From Clostridia bacterium (GTDB taxonomy: Bacteria > Bacillota > Clostridia > Oscillospirales > Acutalibacteraceae), in contig JAKSQO010000001.1 in the NCBI GenBank assembly GCA_024404095.1, positions 7,037-71,036 of the forward strand: a DNA stretch of 64,000 bases. The letters are read 5' to 3'. A model generated the notes under the pieces. That model did not search any database, was not told the DNA's origin, and worked only from the letters and a program-made list of their open reading frames with translations. The translations under genes and the position numbers were made by a program. Positions 45,094 to 54,314 of this stretch are shown here, in pieces. Positions within the stretch are counted from its first letter, which is position 1. Each line of letters opens with the position of its first letter.

Positions 45094-45714
45094 ATGAAAT
45101 ATGACAGCATTGGTTTTGACCTTGACGGAACTTTATGGAGCTCAATCCCCGCAGTAACACAGGCATGGGATATTATAGCCTCCGAATACGGCGTTTATAA
45201 ACCGAATGAGGAACAGATGGCAGGTGTTATGGGACTTAATGAAATTCAGCTTATGACAAAGCTTTACCCCGATATGCCTCAAGATGACAAGCTTGTTTTT
45301 TTCGGCAAGGCAAGTAAAAAGTGCAATGAGCTTCTCGCTGAACACGGAGGTGTGCTTTTTGACGGAATGGCTGAGACTATTGAAAAGCTGTCAAAGGATT
45401 TCAAGCTTTACATTGTCAGTAACTGTCAGCCGGGTTACATTGAAACATTTCTCGGATATCATAAACTTGAAAAATATTTCTGCGATTTTCAGTGGTCAGG
45501 CAGAGAATGTGTTCCGAAAAGTGAAAATATAAAATCGGTTATAAATCGAAACGGATTCAAAAATTCAATTTATGTCGGCGACACTCAGGGCGATGCTGAC
45601 GCGGCATACGGTGCAGGTGTTCCGTTTGTGTTTGCGGAATTCGGCTTCGGAAACGTAAAAAAATATGATTACAGCATTGAAAAATTTTCAGACATATTAA
45701 AAATCGTATATTAA
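45094..45714 (+). CDS. HAD-IA family hydrolase (phosphoglycolate-phosphatase-like)
   Basis: I place the start at the ATG at 45094. Motif I is GFDLDGTLW and motif IV is YVGDTQGDADAA. Confidence 0.8.
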   Translation: MKYDSIGFDLDGTLWSSIPAVTQAWDIIASEYGVYKPNEEQMAGVMGLNEIQLMTKLYPDMPQDDKLVFFGKASKKCNELLAEHGGVLFDGMAETIEKLSKDFKLYIVSNCQPGYIETFLGYHKLEKYFCDFQWSGRECVPKSENIKSVINRNGFKNSIYVGDTQGDADAAYGAGVPFVFAEFGFGNVKKYDYSIEKFSDILKIVY

Positions 45715-45720
45715 AAACAA

Positions 45721-45748
45721 AATCCTGTCAGCATAAGCCGGCAGGATT
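45721..45748. terminator. Bidirectional terminator hairpin
   Basis: AATCCTG...CAGGATT stem with inner pairs lies between convergent genes, with T-rich flanks. Confidence 0.6.
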
Positions 45749-45754
45749 CATTAT

Positions 45755-46510
45755 TTAATATTTTTCAATTATCTCTCTTGCAAACTTCGGTACGTCGGTG
45801 ATAACGCTGTCAACACCGCAGTCAAGGCAATGCTTAATCTCTCTTTCGGTATTTATTGTCCACGGATTAACCATTATTCCTGCTTCGTGCGCCTCGTCAA
45901 CAAATCTTTTGTTTATGTAATATTTGTGTGGGTGAAGTGCGTCAGCGCCGATTTCTTTAGCAAACTCGACAGCGTGTTTGAAATACTTGATTGATTTCAC
46001 CTTGTTCGGACAATACAAAAAGGCGGTTTTGCATTTTTCATCGAAGTCCTTTGCGGCAATCAATGCATCGGAATCAAAGCTTGAAATAATCAGTTCATTA
46101 AAAAGCCCGTGAGCTTTTACAGCATCTATCGTTTTCTTTACAACCTCATACTCCCTGTTTTTCGGCGGTTTAATTTCAATATTAAGAATCTTAAGATTCG
46201 CCTTTTCGCTCAGAGCGAGAAATTCCTCAAGCGTCGGAAGCGGAGTATTTTTATATGAATGATGAAAGCTTCTGCCGAAATCAAGCTCCTTAAGATCCTC
46301 AAGAAACATTGAAGTAATCTCGCCTGTACCGTTAGAAGTTTTATCAACATCATAGTTATGACATATAACGGGTATGCCGTCGGCAGACAAATGAACATCA
46401 GTTTCAAAGCCGTCAGCCTTATACAAGATTGATTGTCTGAACGCAGGAAGCGTATTCTGGGGTGCTACCCTGTTAGAACCTCTGTGAGAAATTACATTAC
46501 ATTCAGCCAT
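45755..46510 (-). CDS. Glycerophosphodiester phosphodiesterase
   Basis: 251 aa with GDPD motifs ISHRGS, APQNTLPAF, GFETDVHLSADG and VICHN. Confidence 0.85.
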   Translation of the reverse strand: MAECNVISHRGSNRVAPQNTLPAFRQSILYKADGFETDVHLSADGIPVICHNYDVDKTSNGTGEITSMFLEDLKELDFGRSFHHSYKNTPLPTLEEFLALSEKANLKILNIEIKPPKNREYEVVKKTIDAVKAHGLFNELIISSFDSDALIAAKDFDEKCKTAFLYCPNKVKSIKYFKHAVEFAKEIGADALHPHKYYINKRFVDEAHEAGIMVNPWTINTEREIKHCLDCGVDSVITDVPKFAREIIEKY

Positions 46511-46577
46511 TTTTTCATCTCCAAATTAAACTTTTATTTATTATAGCATAAATCGGAAATAAATCAACGATAAATAT

Positions 46578-46606
46578 TTGACAATCAACATTATTATACT
46601 TATAAT
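46578..46606 (+). promoter_or_regulatory. Consensus sigma-A promoter
   Basis: TTGACA (46578-46583), 17-nt spacer, TATAAT (46601-46606). Confidence 0.7.
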
Positions 46607-46627
46607 ATACAGGTTGAGGTGAATCTG

Positions 46628-47173
46628 ATGATAGAAAACAAGAATTATATGCACAACAAGAATATAAAGCTCTGGAACGGATATATAAACGGCCAGGGTT
46701 GCGGCAATGTAGCAAATATGCGATACGGACTGTTCCCGATGTCTTTCAACGGCTGTGAGATTATCGCACTTTATAATTTTATGTATTCTATCGGCAGAAA
46801 AATGGAGCTGAAGGACGTTGCACGCGAAGCATATCCCTATGCATCTGTTCTTATGGGTATTTTCGGAAGTGCACCGAAAAAAATCGGCAGATTCCTTGAT
46901 GATCACGGTATAGAATATAAAAGAGCTTCTGACTTTGATGAGTTTGTAAACAATTTTGAAAAATCAGAAAGTGCTTTGATCGCCTTTTGGGTAAAGCTCA
47001 AAAGCGGCTTTTACGGTATTCACACAGTCTTCATAAGAAACATTGACGGAAAGGTTCGTGTTTACAACCGTTCAAACGGCAATCCCCGTCCTGTTGACTA
47101 CGATAAAATGAGCGACTTTCTTAAAAATCCAAAGCACTTGATTGTTTCGTTCTGCTGCGGAGATAAATTATAA
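46628..47173 (+). CDS. Hypothetical protein, possible papain-fold Cys/His peptidase-like
   Basis: I place the start at the ATG at 46628, after GAGGTG. The product is 181 aa. A candidate catalytic order is Cys (FNGCEIIALYNF), His (FYGIHTVFI), Asn (YNRSNG). This assignment is speculative. Confidence 0.45.
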   Translation: MIENKNYMHNKNIKLWNGYINGQGCGNVANMRYGLFPMSFNGCEIIALYNFMYSIGRKMELKDVAREAYPYASVLMGIFGSAPKKIGRFLDDHGIEYKRASDFDEFVNNFEKSESALIAFWVKLKSGFYGIHTVFIRNIDGKVRVYNRSNGNPRPVDYDKMSDFLKNPKHLIVSFCCGDKL

Positions 47174-47205
47174 TCAACTGATTAAAAAATGTAGGTAGGT
47201 AAAAA

Positions 47206-48120
47206 ATGACTGAGAAAAAGCAAAATAAAATTATAGGACCGATAATACTTGTTACAGCGGCGATGATATGGGGACTTTCTTTCGTTGCGCAGAAATCGGG
47301 AATGGCATATGTTGAAGGCTTTACGTTCACCACAATCCGACTTATTCTTGCCTCACTGACGCTTCTTCCGGTAATAATATTTAACAGAAAGAAAAACCCC
47401 GAAACGCTCTCTGTTGAGGAAAAGAAAATTAAAGATAAAAGAAAGTTCAAAGGTATCATCTGTGTAGGTCTTTGCCTTTTTGTCGGACTTAATCTTCAGC
47501 AATTCGCTTTCAATTATATCGAAGCAGGCAAGGTCGGATTTCTGACAGCACTTTATATGCTTCTTGTTCCGATTTTCGGTCTTTTCTTAAAAAAGAAACC
47601 GCCGTTCACAGTATGGATTGGCGTTGCTCTCGGGATGTGCGGATTATATCTTATCTGCATGGGCGGCAAAGGAGGCGACTTTAAGCTCGGAACAGGTGAA
47701 ATGCTCACCCTGCTGTGTGCTGTCGCTTTTACACTTCATATCCTTGTTATAGACCATTTTTCCGATGTTGACAGCATTGAGCTTTCCTGCGGTCAGTTCG
47801 TTGTAGCTGCCGTACTCTCGCTTATTCTGATGCTGATATTTGAAAAGCCTGACATCGGCGGACTTAAGAGTGCTGCAATTACAATTATCTATGCCGGTGT
47901 GTTCAGCTCGGCAATCGCATTCACATTTCAGATTATCGGTCAGAAGAAAACCGATCCGACGCTCGCATCAATGCTCCTGTGCCTCGAGTCAGTATTTTCT
48001 GTTCTTTTCTCATTCCTGCTTCCCCCTCACGAGAAGCTTGATGTTCCCGAATACATAGGCTGTGGAATTATGTTTATCGCTATACTTATTGCACAGATTC
48101 CACCGAAAAAAAGAGCATAA
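47206..48120 (+). CDS. DMT superfamily (EamA-type) transporter
   Basis: 304 aa with 10 TM helices in two EamA-like halves. Confidence 0.85.
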   Translation: MTEKKQNKIIGPIILVTAAMIWGLSFVAQKSGMAYVEGFTFTTIRLILASLTLLPVIIFNRKKNPETLSVEEKKIKDKRKFKGIICVGLCLFVGLNLQQFAFNYIEAGKVGFLTALYMLLVPIFGLFLKKKPPFTVWIGVALGMCGLYLICMGGKGGDFKLGTGEMLTLLCAVAFTLHILVIDHFSDVDSIELSCGQFVVAAVLSLILMLIFEKPDIGGLKSAAITIIYAGVFSSAIAFTFQIIGQKKTDPTLASMLLCLESVFSVLFSFLLPPHEKLDVPEYIGCGIMFIAILIAQIPPKKRA

Positions 48121-48127
48121 ATTTGGA

Positions 48128-48155
48128 TTGACAAATAAGCTTTCTGTGATATAAT
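48128..48155 (+). promoter_or_regulatory. Sigma-A promoter of the pyr operon
   Basis: TTGACA (48128-48133), 16-nt spacer, extended -10 TGaTATAAT (48147-48155). Confidence 0.7.
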
Positions 48156-48177
48156 TTTAATGATAAATCTTTAAATT

Positions 48178-48275
48178 CGATACAGAGATATCGGCAAGAT
48201 TAAAATATACACAGGTGTATTGCACCTTGATTAAGTGTGTCTAAGCCTTGCCTTCCGGCAGGGCTTATTATTATA
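48178..48275 (+). promoter_or_regulatory. pyr leader: putative PyrR-type binding hairpin plus transcription attenuator
   Basis: Hairpin CGATA-CAGAGA-TATCG (48178-48193) has a CAGAGA loop resembling the PyrR box. GGCAAG (48193-48198) can pair with CTTGCC in the left arm of the terminator. The terminator is AGCCTTGCC/GGCAGGGCT (48244-48265) followed by a U-rich tract. Confidence 0.5.
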
Positions 48276-48291
48276 ATAAAAGGAGAAAATT

Positions 48292-49482
48292 ATGAGCGGA
48301 ATCAACGTAATGAAAATAAAAGATTTTCCCCAGTTCAATCCAATGGTTGACCTGTCATTTGCTGATTTCACTTCTGATTCAGAATATTGTATTTTTCCCG
48401 GCTTTTGCGATGTGCACGTTCATTTTCGCGAGCCGGGTTTTTCTTATAAAGAAACAATTCTTTCAGGTTCAAGGGCTGCGGCTCACGGCGGATATACCGC
48501 TGTATGCACAATGCCTAATCTCAACCCTGTCCCCGACAGCGTTGAACATCTTTCGGAACAGCTGAAAATCATCGAATCCGACGCTGTAATCAATGTTTAT
48601 CCGTACGGTTCGATCACCGTGGGACAGAACGGAGAAAAACTCTCCGATATGGACGGCATGACAAAGGATGCTATTGCATTTTCCGATGACGGCAAGGGTG
48701 TTCAGCCTGAGAATCTTATGCGTGAGGCTATGCTCAAGGCTAAGTCACTCGGCAAAATAATTGTCGCTCATTGCGAGGATAACACGCTACTTCACGGAGG
48801 TTATATTCATGACGGTGAATATGCAAAAAAACACGGTCACCGTGGAATTTGTTCAGAGAGTGAGTGGAAGCCGATTGAGCGTGATATCCGACTTGCCAGG
48901 GAAACAGGATGCGGTTATCACGTCTGTCACATTTCCTGCAAGGAGAGCGTTGAGCTTATCAGAAAAGCCAAGGCTGACGGAGTTGACATCACCTGCGAGA
49001 CAGGTCCGCACTATCTTACAATGTGTGACGCCGACCTCAGGGAGGACGGAAAATTCAAAATGAATCCTCCGCTTCGAAGCAATGAGGACAGGCTGGCTCT
49101 GATTGAGGGCATTAAGGACGGTACAATTGATATGATTGCAACCGACCACGCACCGCACAGCGCCGAGGAAAAAAGCAGAGGGCTTGAAAAGAGCGCATTC
49201 GGAATTGTCGGAATTGAAACCGCTTTTCCTGTTCTTTACACAAGGCTCGTCAAGGAGAACATAATCTCTCTTGAAAAGCTTATCGAGCTTCTTGCTGTCA
49301 ACCCGAGAAAGCGTTTCAATATTCCGCTCGGTAACGATTACACCGTATGGAATCTGAATGAAAAATTTACTGTAAGTCCAAATGAATTTTTGTCAAAAGG
49401 CCGTGCAACACCGTATGAGGGTGAGGAGCTTTACGGAAAATGCATTATGACCGTTTGCGGCAATAAGATTGTATATAAATAA
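48292..49482 (+). CDS. pyrC: Dihydroorotase
   Basis: 396 aa with metal ligands DVHVHFREPG and ATDHAPH. It sits in a pyr operon context. Confidence 0.9.
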   Translation: MSGINVMKIKDFPQFNPMVDLSFADFTSDSEYCIFPGFCDVHVHFREPGFSYKETILSGSRAAAHGGYTAVCTMPNLNPVPDSVEHLSEQLKIIESDAVINVYPYGSITVGQNGEKLSDMDGMTKDAIAFSDDGKGVQPENLMREAMLKAKSLGKIIVAHCEDNTLLHGGYIHDGEYAKKHGHRGICSESEWKPIERDIRLARETGCGYHVCHISCKESVELIRKAKADGVDITCETGPHYLTMCDADLREDGKFKMNPPLRSNEDRLALIEGIKDGTIDMIATDHAPHSAEEKSRGLEKSAFGIVGIETAFPVLYTRLVKENIISLEKLIELLAVNPRKRFNIPLGNDYTVWNLNEKFTVSPNEFLSKGRATPYEGEELYGKCIMTVCGNKIVYK

Positions 49483-49496
49483 GGAGGAAATATAAT

Positions 49497-52400
49497 ATGG
49501 CAAAAAGAACAGACATCAAAAAGGTATTGATTATCGGCTCAGGTCCTATTGTTATCGGACAGGCAGCTGAGTTTGACTATGCAGGTACTCAGGCTTGCCT
49601 TGCGCTTAAGGAAGAGGGCTACGAGGTTATTCTCTGCAACTCTAACCCTGCAACAATCATGACAGATACAACAATCGCTGACAAGGTTTACATGGAACCG
49701 CTTACACTTGAATATATCGCTAAGATTCTCCGCTATGAGCGTCCTGATGCAATTGTTCCGGGCATCGGTGGACAGACAGGTCTTAACCTTGCTATGCAGC
49801 TTGAAAAGAAAGGCGTTCTTAAGGAATGCGGAGTTGAGCTTCTCGGCACAAGCAGCGAAAGCATTGAGCGTGCTGAGGACCGTGAGCTTTTCAAGGAGAT
49901 GTGTCAGTCAATCGGCGAGCCTGTTATCCCCTCGGAAATCACTTACAGCATCGAGGAAGCAAAGGCAGCTGCCGAGAAAATCGGTTACCCTGTTGTTCTG
50001 CGTCCCGCATTCACACTCGGCGGTACAGGCGGCGGCTTTGCAAACAACGAAGAAGATCTTTATGAAATCGGTCTTAACGCATTCAAGCTCTCCCCTGTTC
50101 ATCAGGTACTTATAGAAAAGAGCGTTAAGGGCTACAAGGAAATCGAATTTGAGGTTATGCGTGACTCGAACGACCACGCAATCACAATCTGCGGTATGGA
50201 AAATGTTGATCCTGTCGGCGTTCACACAGGTGACTCAATCGTTGTAGCTCCCATCCTTTCACTCAACGACCACGACCTTAAGATGCTTAACGACAGCGCA
50301 ATAAAAATTATTCGCGAGCTTAAAATCGAGGGCGGCTGCAACGTTCAGTTTGCACTCAATCCCACATCAAGCGAATACTTCCTTATTGAGGTTAATCCCC
50401 GAGTTTCACGTTCTTCCGCTCTTGCTTCAAAGGCAAGCGGCTATCCTATCGCGAGAGTAACAGCTAAGATTGCTCTTGGTATGGCACTTGAGGACATCCC
50501 TGTTGCAGGCGGGACAGCTGCAATTGAACCGAGTCTTGACTACATTGTAGCAAAGTTTCCCCGTTTCCCGTTCGATAAATTCGCTACCGCTCCCAACACA
50601 CTCGGCACACAGATGAAGGCAACAGGTGAGGTTATGGGTATTGGCTCAACCCTTGAGGAATGCTTCCTTAAGAGCGTACGTTCACTTGAAACAGGCGTTT
50701 GCCACTTCCACCTCTCAAAGTTTGACAATATGTCAGATGATGAAATCTTCGACTACATCAGGGATTTCAAGGATGACAACATCTATGCGGTTTCTGAACT
50801 TATCCGCCGTGGCTGTGATATGAAAAAGCTCCACGAAGTAACTATGATTACCGATCTCTTCCTCGAGAGCATCAAGAAGATAATTGATATGGAAAAGGTA
50901 ATCAAGGCTAATCCGAATGACGTTAAGGTTCTCAAGGATGCCAAGGTTATGGGCTTCTCCGATAAATTCATCTCAAAGCTCTGGGGTGTTGACGAGGTAA
51001 GCATTTATAAGCTTCGCAAGCAGGAGAAGATTCTTCCCATTTTCAAGATGGTTGACACTCTCCACACAGGCAAATACATTGCATATCTCTACTCATCATA
51101 CACAGGCGAGAACGCATCAAGACTTACAGATAAGAAGAAAATCATTGTTCTCGGCGCAGGTCCTATCCGTATCGGTCAGGGCGTTGAGTTCGACTACTCA
51201 ACCGTTCACGCTGTTCAGACAATCAAGCGTGAGGGCTACGAGGCAATAATCATAAATAACAATCCCGAAACAGTTTCAACTGACTACACAACAGCGGACA
51301 AGCTTTACTTTGAGCCGCTTACTCCCGAGGATGTTATGGCTATCATCGACTTTGAGCAGCCTGAGGGTGTTATCGCTTCACTCGGCGGTCAGACTGCAAT
51401 CAACCTTGCTCAGCCGCTTATGGACAGAGGTGTTAAGATTATCGGTACTGACTGTGAGGCTATTGAGCGTGCTGAGAACCGTGACAGCTTTGAAAAGATT
51501 CTTTCCGACCTAAACATTCCTCAGCCGAAGGGCAAGGCAGTTACAAATATCGAGGACGGTCTTAAGGCTGCAAATGAAATCGGTTACCCCGTACTTGTTC
51601 GTCCGAGCTTTGTTCTCGGCGGTCGTGCAATGCAGATAGTTTCAAATGATGAAAGCCTTCGTCACTACCTCAAGACTGCCGTTGAAATTGACGTTGACAA
51701 GCCGGTTCTTGTTGACAAATATATACAGGGTAAAGAGGTTGAGGTTGACGCAATCTGCGACGGCAGAGATGTATTTGTTCCCGGAATTATGGAGCTTGTT
51801 GAGCGTACAGGTATTCACTCAGGCGACTCAATCAGCGTTTATCCGACATTCAGCATTTCAGATAAGGTCAAGGGCATCATTCTTCAGTATGCTAAGAAGC
51901 TCGGCCTTGGTATCGGAATTGTCGGTCTGTTCAATATTCAGTTCATTGTTGACAAGAATGACGATGTTTACATTATCGAGGTAAACCCCCGTTCATCAAG
52001 AACAGTTCCGTTCCTTTCAAAGTCAACAGGCTTTTCTCTTGCTGATATTGCAACAGAGGTTATCCTCGGCAAGTCACTTAAGGAGCAGGGCATCTTTGAT
52101 ATTTATCCTGAGGAGAAGAAACGCTTCTACGTTAAGGTTCCCGTATTCTCATTCAATAAAATCAAGGGTCTTGACGCTTACCTCTCACCTGAAATGAAGT
52201 CAACAGGTGAAGCAATCGGCTATGACAACAAGCTTCACAGAGCTATGTTCAAGGCACTCACAGCCTCAGGCATGAACCTCCAGAACTACGGTACAGTTCT
52301 TGTAACACTCGCCGATGAGGATAAAGAAGAAGCTCTCCCGCTTATCAGACGTTTCTACGATATGGGCTTTAACATTGAAGCCACAATCGGCACAGCAAAC

Positions 52401-52670
52401 TACTTCAAAGAGCGTGGAATCCGAACAAGAGTAAGAGGTAAGATCAGCGAGGGAAGCGAAGAAATTCTCGACTCAATTCGCGCAGGCTATGTAAGCTATG
52501 TTATCAACACAAGAGCAGTTCTTTCGGGCGTTCATTACGATGACGGTATTCAGATTCGTCAGTGCGCAACTGAGAACAATGTTACAATCTTCACTTCACT
52601 CGACACAGTTAAGGTTCTCCTTGATGTTCTCGAGGAAACAACACTCACAATCTCTACAATTGATTCATAA
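49497..52670 (+). CDS. carB: Carbamoyl-phosphate synthase large subunit
   Basis: 1057 aa with duplicated ATP-grasp halves (IIGSGPIVIGQAAEFDYAGTQA and VLGAGPIRIGQGVEFDYSTVHA) and a C-terminal MGS-like domain. Confidence 0.97.
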   Translation: MAKRTDIKKVLIIGSGPIVIGQAAEFDYAGTQACLALKEEGYEVILCNSNPATIMTDTTIADKVYMEPLTLEYIAKILRYERPDAIVPGIGGQTGLNLAMQLEKKGVLKECGVELLGTSSESIERAEDRELFKEMCQSIGEPVIPSEITYSIEEAKAAAEKIGYPVVLRPAFTLGGTGGGFANNEEDLYEIGLNAFKLSPVHQVLIEKSVKGYKEIEFEVMRDSNDHAITICGMENVDPVGVHTGDSIVVAPILSLNDHDLKMLNDSAIKIIRELKIEGGCNVQFALNPTSSEYFLIEVNPRVSRSSALASKASGYPIARVTAKIALGMALEDIPVAGGTAAIEPSLDYIVAKFPRFPFDKFATAPNTLGTQMKATGEVMGIGSTLEECFLKSVRSLETGVCHFHLSKFDNMSDDEIFDYIRDFKDDNIYAVSELIRRGCDMKKLHEVTMITDLFLESIKKIIDMEKVIKANPNDVKVLKDAKVMGFSDKFISKLWGVDEVSIYKLRKQEKILPIFKMVDTLHTGKYIAYLYSSYTGENASRLTDKKKIIVLGAGPIRIGQGVEFDYSTVHAVQTIKREGYEAIIINNNPETVSTDYTTADKLYFEPLTPEDVMAIIDFEQPEGVIASLGGQTAINLAQPLMDRGVKIIGTDCEAIERAENRDSFEKILSDLNIPQPKGKAVTNIEDGLKAANEIGYPVLVRPSFVLGGRAMQIVSNDESLRHYLKTAVEIDVDKPVLVDKYIQGKEVEVDAICDGRDVFVPGIMELVERTGIHSGDSISVYPTFSISDKVKGIILQYAKKLGLGIGIVGLFNIQFIVDKNDDVYIIEVNPRSSRTVPFLSKSTGFSLADIATEVILGKSLKEQGIFDIYPEEKKRFYVKVPVFSFNKIKGLDAYLSPEMKSTGEAIGYDNKLHRAMFKALTASGMNLQNYGTVLVTLADEDKEEALPLIRRFYDMGFNIEATIGTANYFKERGIRTRVRGKISEGSEEILDSIRAGYVSYVINTRAVLSGVHYDDGIQIRQCATENNVTIFTSLDTVKVLLDVLEETTLTISTIDS

Positions 52671-52680
52671 GGATAGATTT

Positions 52681-53415
52681 ATGAAAAAGGGAATTTTTGA
52701 AATAAAAGAAAATATCAAGCTCACCGACAGTGTTATGAAAATGACGCTGTGCGGTGACGCTGCCGCAATAACCGCTCCCGGTCAGTTCATCAATATTCAG
52801 CTTGACGATCTGTTTCTCAGACGTCCGATTTCAGTTTACGACTGCGGAGATAATTTTGTAACAATAATCTACAAGGTTGTCGGACACGGAACCGAGAAAA
52901 TGAGCAAAATGACAGCAGGTGAAAAGCTTGACGTTCTGACAGGTCTCGGCAACGGCTATGACCTTTCACTTTCGGGTGATGCTCCCCTGCTTATCGGCGG
53001 CGGTGTCGGTGTACCTCCGCTTTATATGCTTGCAAAAAAGCTTATTAAAAACGGCAGGAAGGTCAGCGTTATTCTCGGCTTCAACACAAAAGATGAAATT
53101 TTCTGTGAGGATGATTTCAAAGCACTCGGCGCTGATGTTACAGTTACAACCGTTGACGGCTCATACGGTGTAAAGGGCTTTGTAACAAACGCTCTGCCCG
53201 AAAATTATACGCATTTCTTCTGCTGCGGACCCGAGCCGATGCTTAAAGCAGTATATAAATTCACAAAAACAAGCGGTCAATTTAGCTTTGAGGAGCGTAT
53301 GGGTTGCGGCTTCGGTGCGTGCATGGGCTGCTCGTGCAAAACTATCACAGGATATAAGCGTATCTGCAAGGACGGTCCTGTTATGATGAAGGAGGAAATT
53401 TTATGGGAAGCTTAA
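52681..53415 (+). CDS. pyrK: Dihydroorotate dehydrogenase B electron-transfer subunit
   Basis: I place the start at the ATG at 52681, because the track ORF extension overlaps carB. It has an FAD/NAD-binding fold and a C-terminal 2Fe-2S motif CGFGACMGCSC. Confidence 0.9.
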   Translation: MKKGIFEIKENIKLTDSVMKMTLCGDAAAITAPGQFINIQLDDLFLRRPISVYDCGDNFVTIIYKVVGHGTEKMSKMTAGEKLDVLTGLGNGYDLSLSGDAPLLIGGGVGVPPLYMLAKKLIKNGRKVSVILGFNTKDEIFCEDDFKALGADVTVTTVDGSYGVKGFVTNALPENYTHFFCCGPEPMLKAVYKFTKTSGQFSFEERMGCGFGACMGCSCKTITGYKRICKDGPVMMKEEILWEA

Positions 53416-54314
53416 AAGTCAATCTCTGCGGTATTGAGCTTGACAATCCTGTAATTCCTGCTTCGGGCACATTCGGATTCGGATATGAGTTTGCAGAGCT
53501 TTACGATATAAACAAACTCGGAACGTTCTCGTTCAAGGGTACAACCAAAGACCCGCGCTTCGGCAACCCGACACCACGAATCGCCGAATGTACCGCCGGT
53601 ATGATTAACGCTGTCGGGCTTCAGAATCCGGGCGTTGAAAAGGTAATTGCTGAGGAACTTCCTAAGCTGAAAAAATGCTTCAATAAACCCGTAATGGCAA
53701 ACGTCAGTGGATTTTCGGTTGACGATTATGCATTCACCTGCGAAAAGCTCGATAAAGAAGAGCAGGTCGGCTGGCTTGAGGTAAACGTCAGCTGCCCGAA
53801 TGTTCACGGCGGCGGAATGAGCTTCGGAACAAGCCCCGATGCGGCGGCTGAGGTTGTCAGAGCAGTCAAGGCTGTTACCGCAAAGCCTGTTATCGTCAAG
53901 CTTTCGCCCAATGTCACCGACATTGCTGCAATTGCAAAAGCCTGCGAGGATGCAGGTGCAGACGGCATCAGTCTTATAAACACTCTTCTCGGAATGAGAA
54001 TTGATTTAAAGACAAAGAAACCTGTTATCGCAAATAAAATGGGCGGTTTCTCAGGACCTGCGATTTTCCCGCTTGCTGTCAGAATGGTGTATCAGGTTGC
54101 TCACTCTGTTAAAATTCCCGTAATCGGAATGGGCGGTGTTTCAACAGCAGAGGATGTTATAGAAATGATGCTTGCAGGTGCGACAGCAGTCGAAGTCGGC
54201 GCTGCAAATCTTGTTGATCCGTTCGCCTGTCTGAACATAATCAACGATCTGCCCGAAACAATGAAGAAATATAATATAGAAAATTTATCGGATATAATAG
54301 GAGGAGTCGAATAA
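53403..54314 (+). CDS. pyrD: Dihydroorotate dehydrogenase B catalytic subunit
   Basis: 303 aa with motifs NPVIPASGTFGFG, NVSCPNV and GMGGVSTAEDV. Confidence 0.95.
   Translation: MGSLKVNLCGIELDNPVIPASGTFGFGYEFAELYDINKLGTFSFKGTTKDPRFGNPTPRIAECTAGMINAVGLQNPGVEKVIAEELPKLKKCFNKPVMANVSGFSVDDYAFTCEKLDKEEQVGWLEVNVSCPNVHGGGMSFGTSPDAAAEVVRAVKAVTAKPVIVKLSPNVTDIAAIAKACEDAGADGISLINTLLGMRIDLKTKKPVIANKMGGFSGPAIFPLAVRMVYQVAHSVKIPVIGMGGVSTAEDVIEMMLAGATAVEVGAANLVDPFACLNIINDLPETMKKYNIENLSDIIGGVE

Noticed and set aside
46541-46906. 121-aa minus-strand ORF overlapping the start of the 46628-47173 gene.
   Set aside because: It overlaps a plus-strand ORF that has a perfect promoter and RBS. Its own translation is Ile/Phe/Cys-rich with no upstream RBS, and it runs through the promoter region.
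52498-52680. Upstream extension of the pyrK ORF overlapping the 3' end of carB.
   Set aside because: The extension lies entirely inside carB in another frame. The ATG at 52681, 8 nt after the carB stop, gives a normal-length PyrK beginning MKKGIFEIKE.
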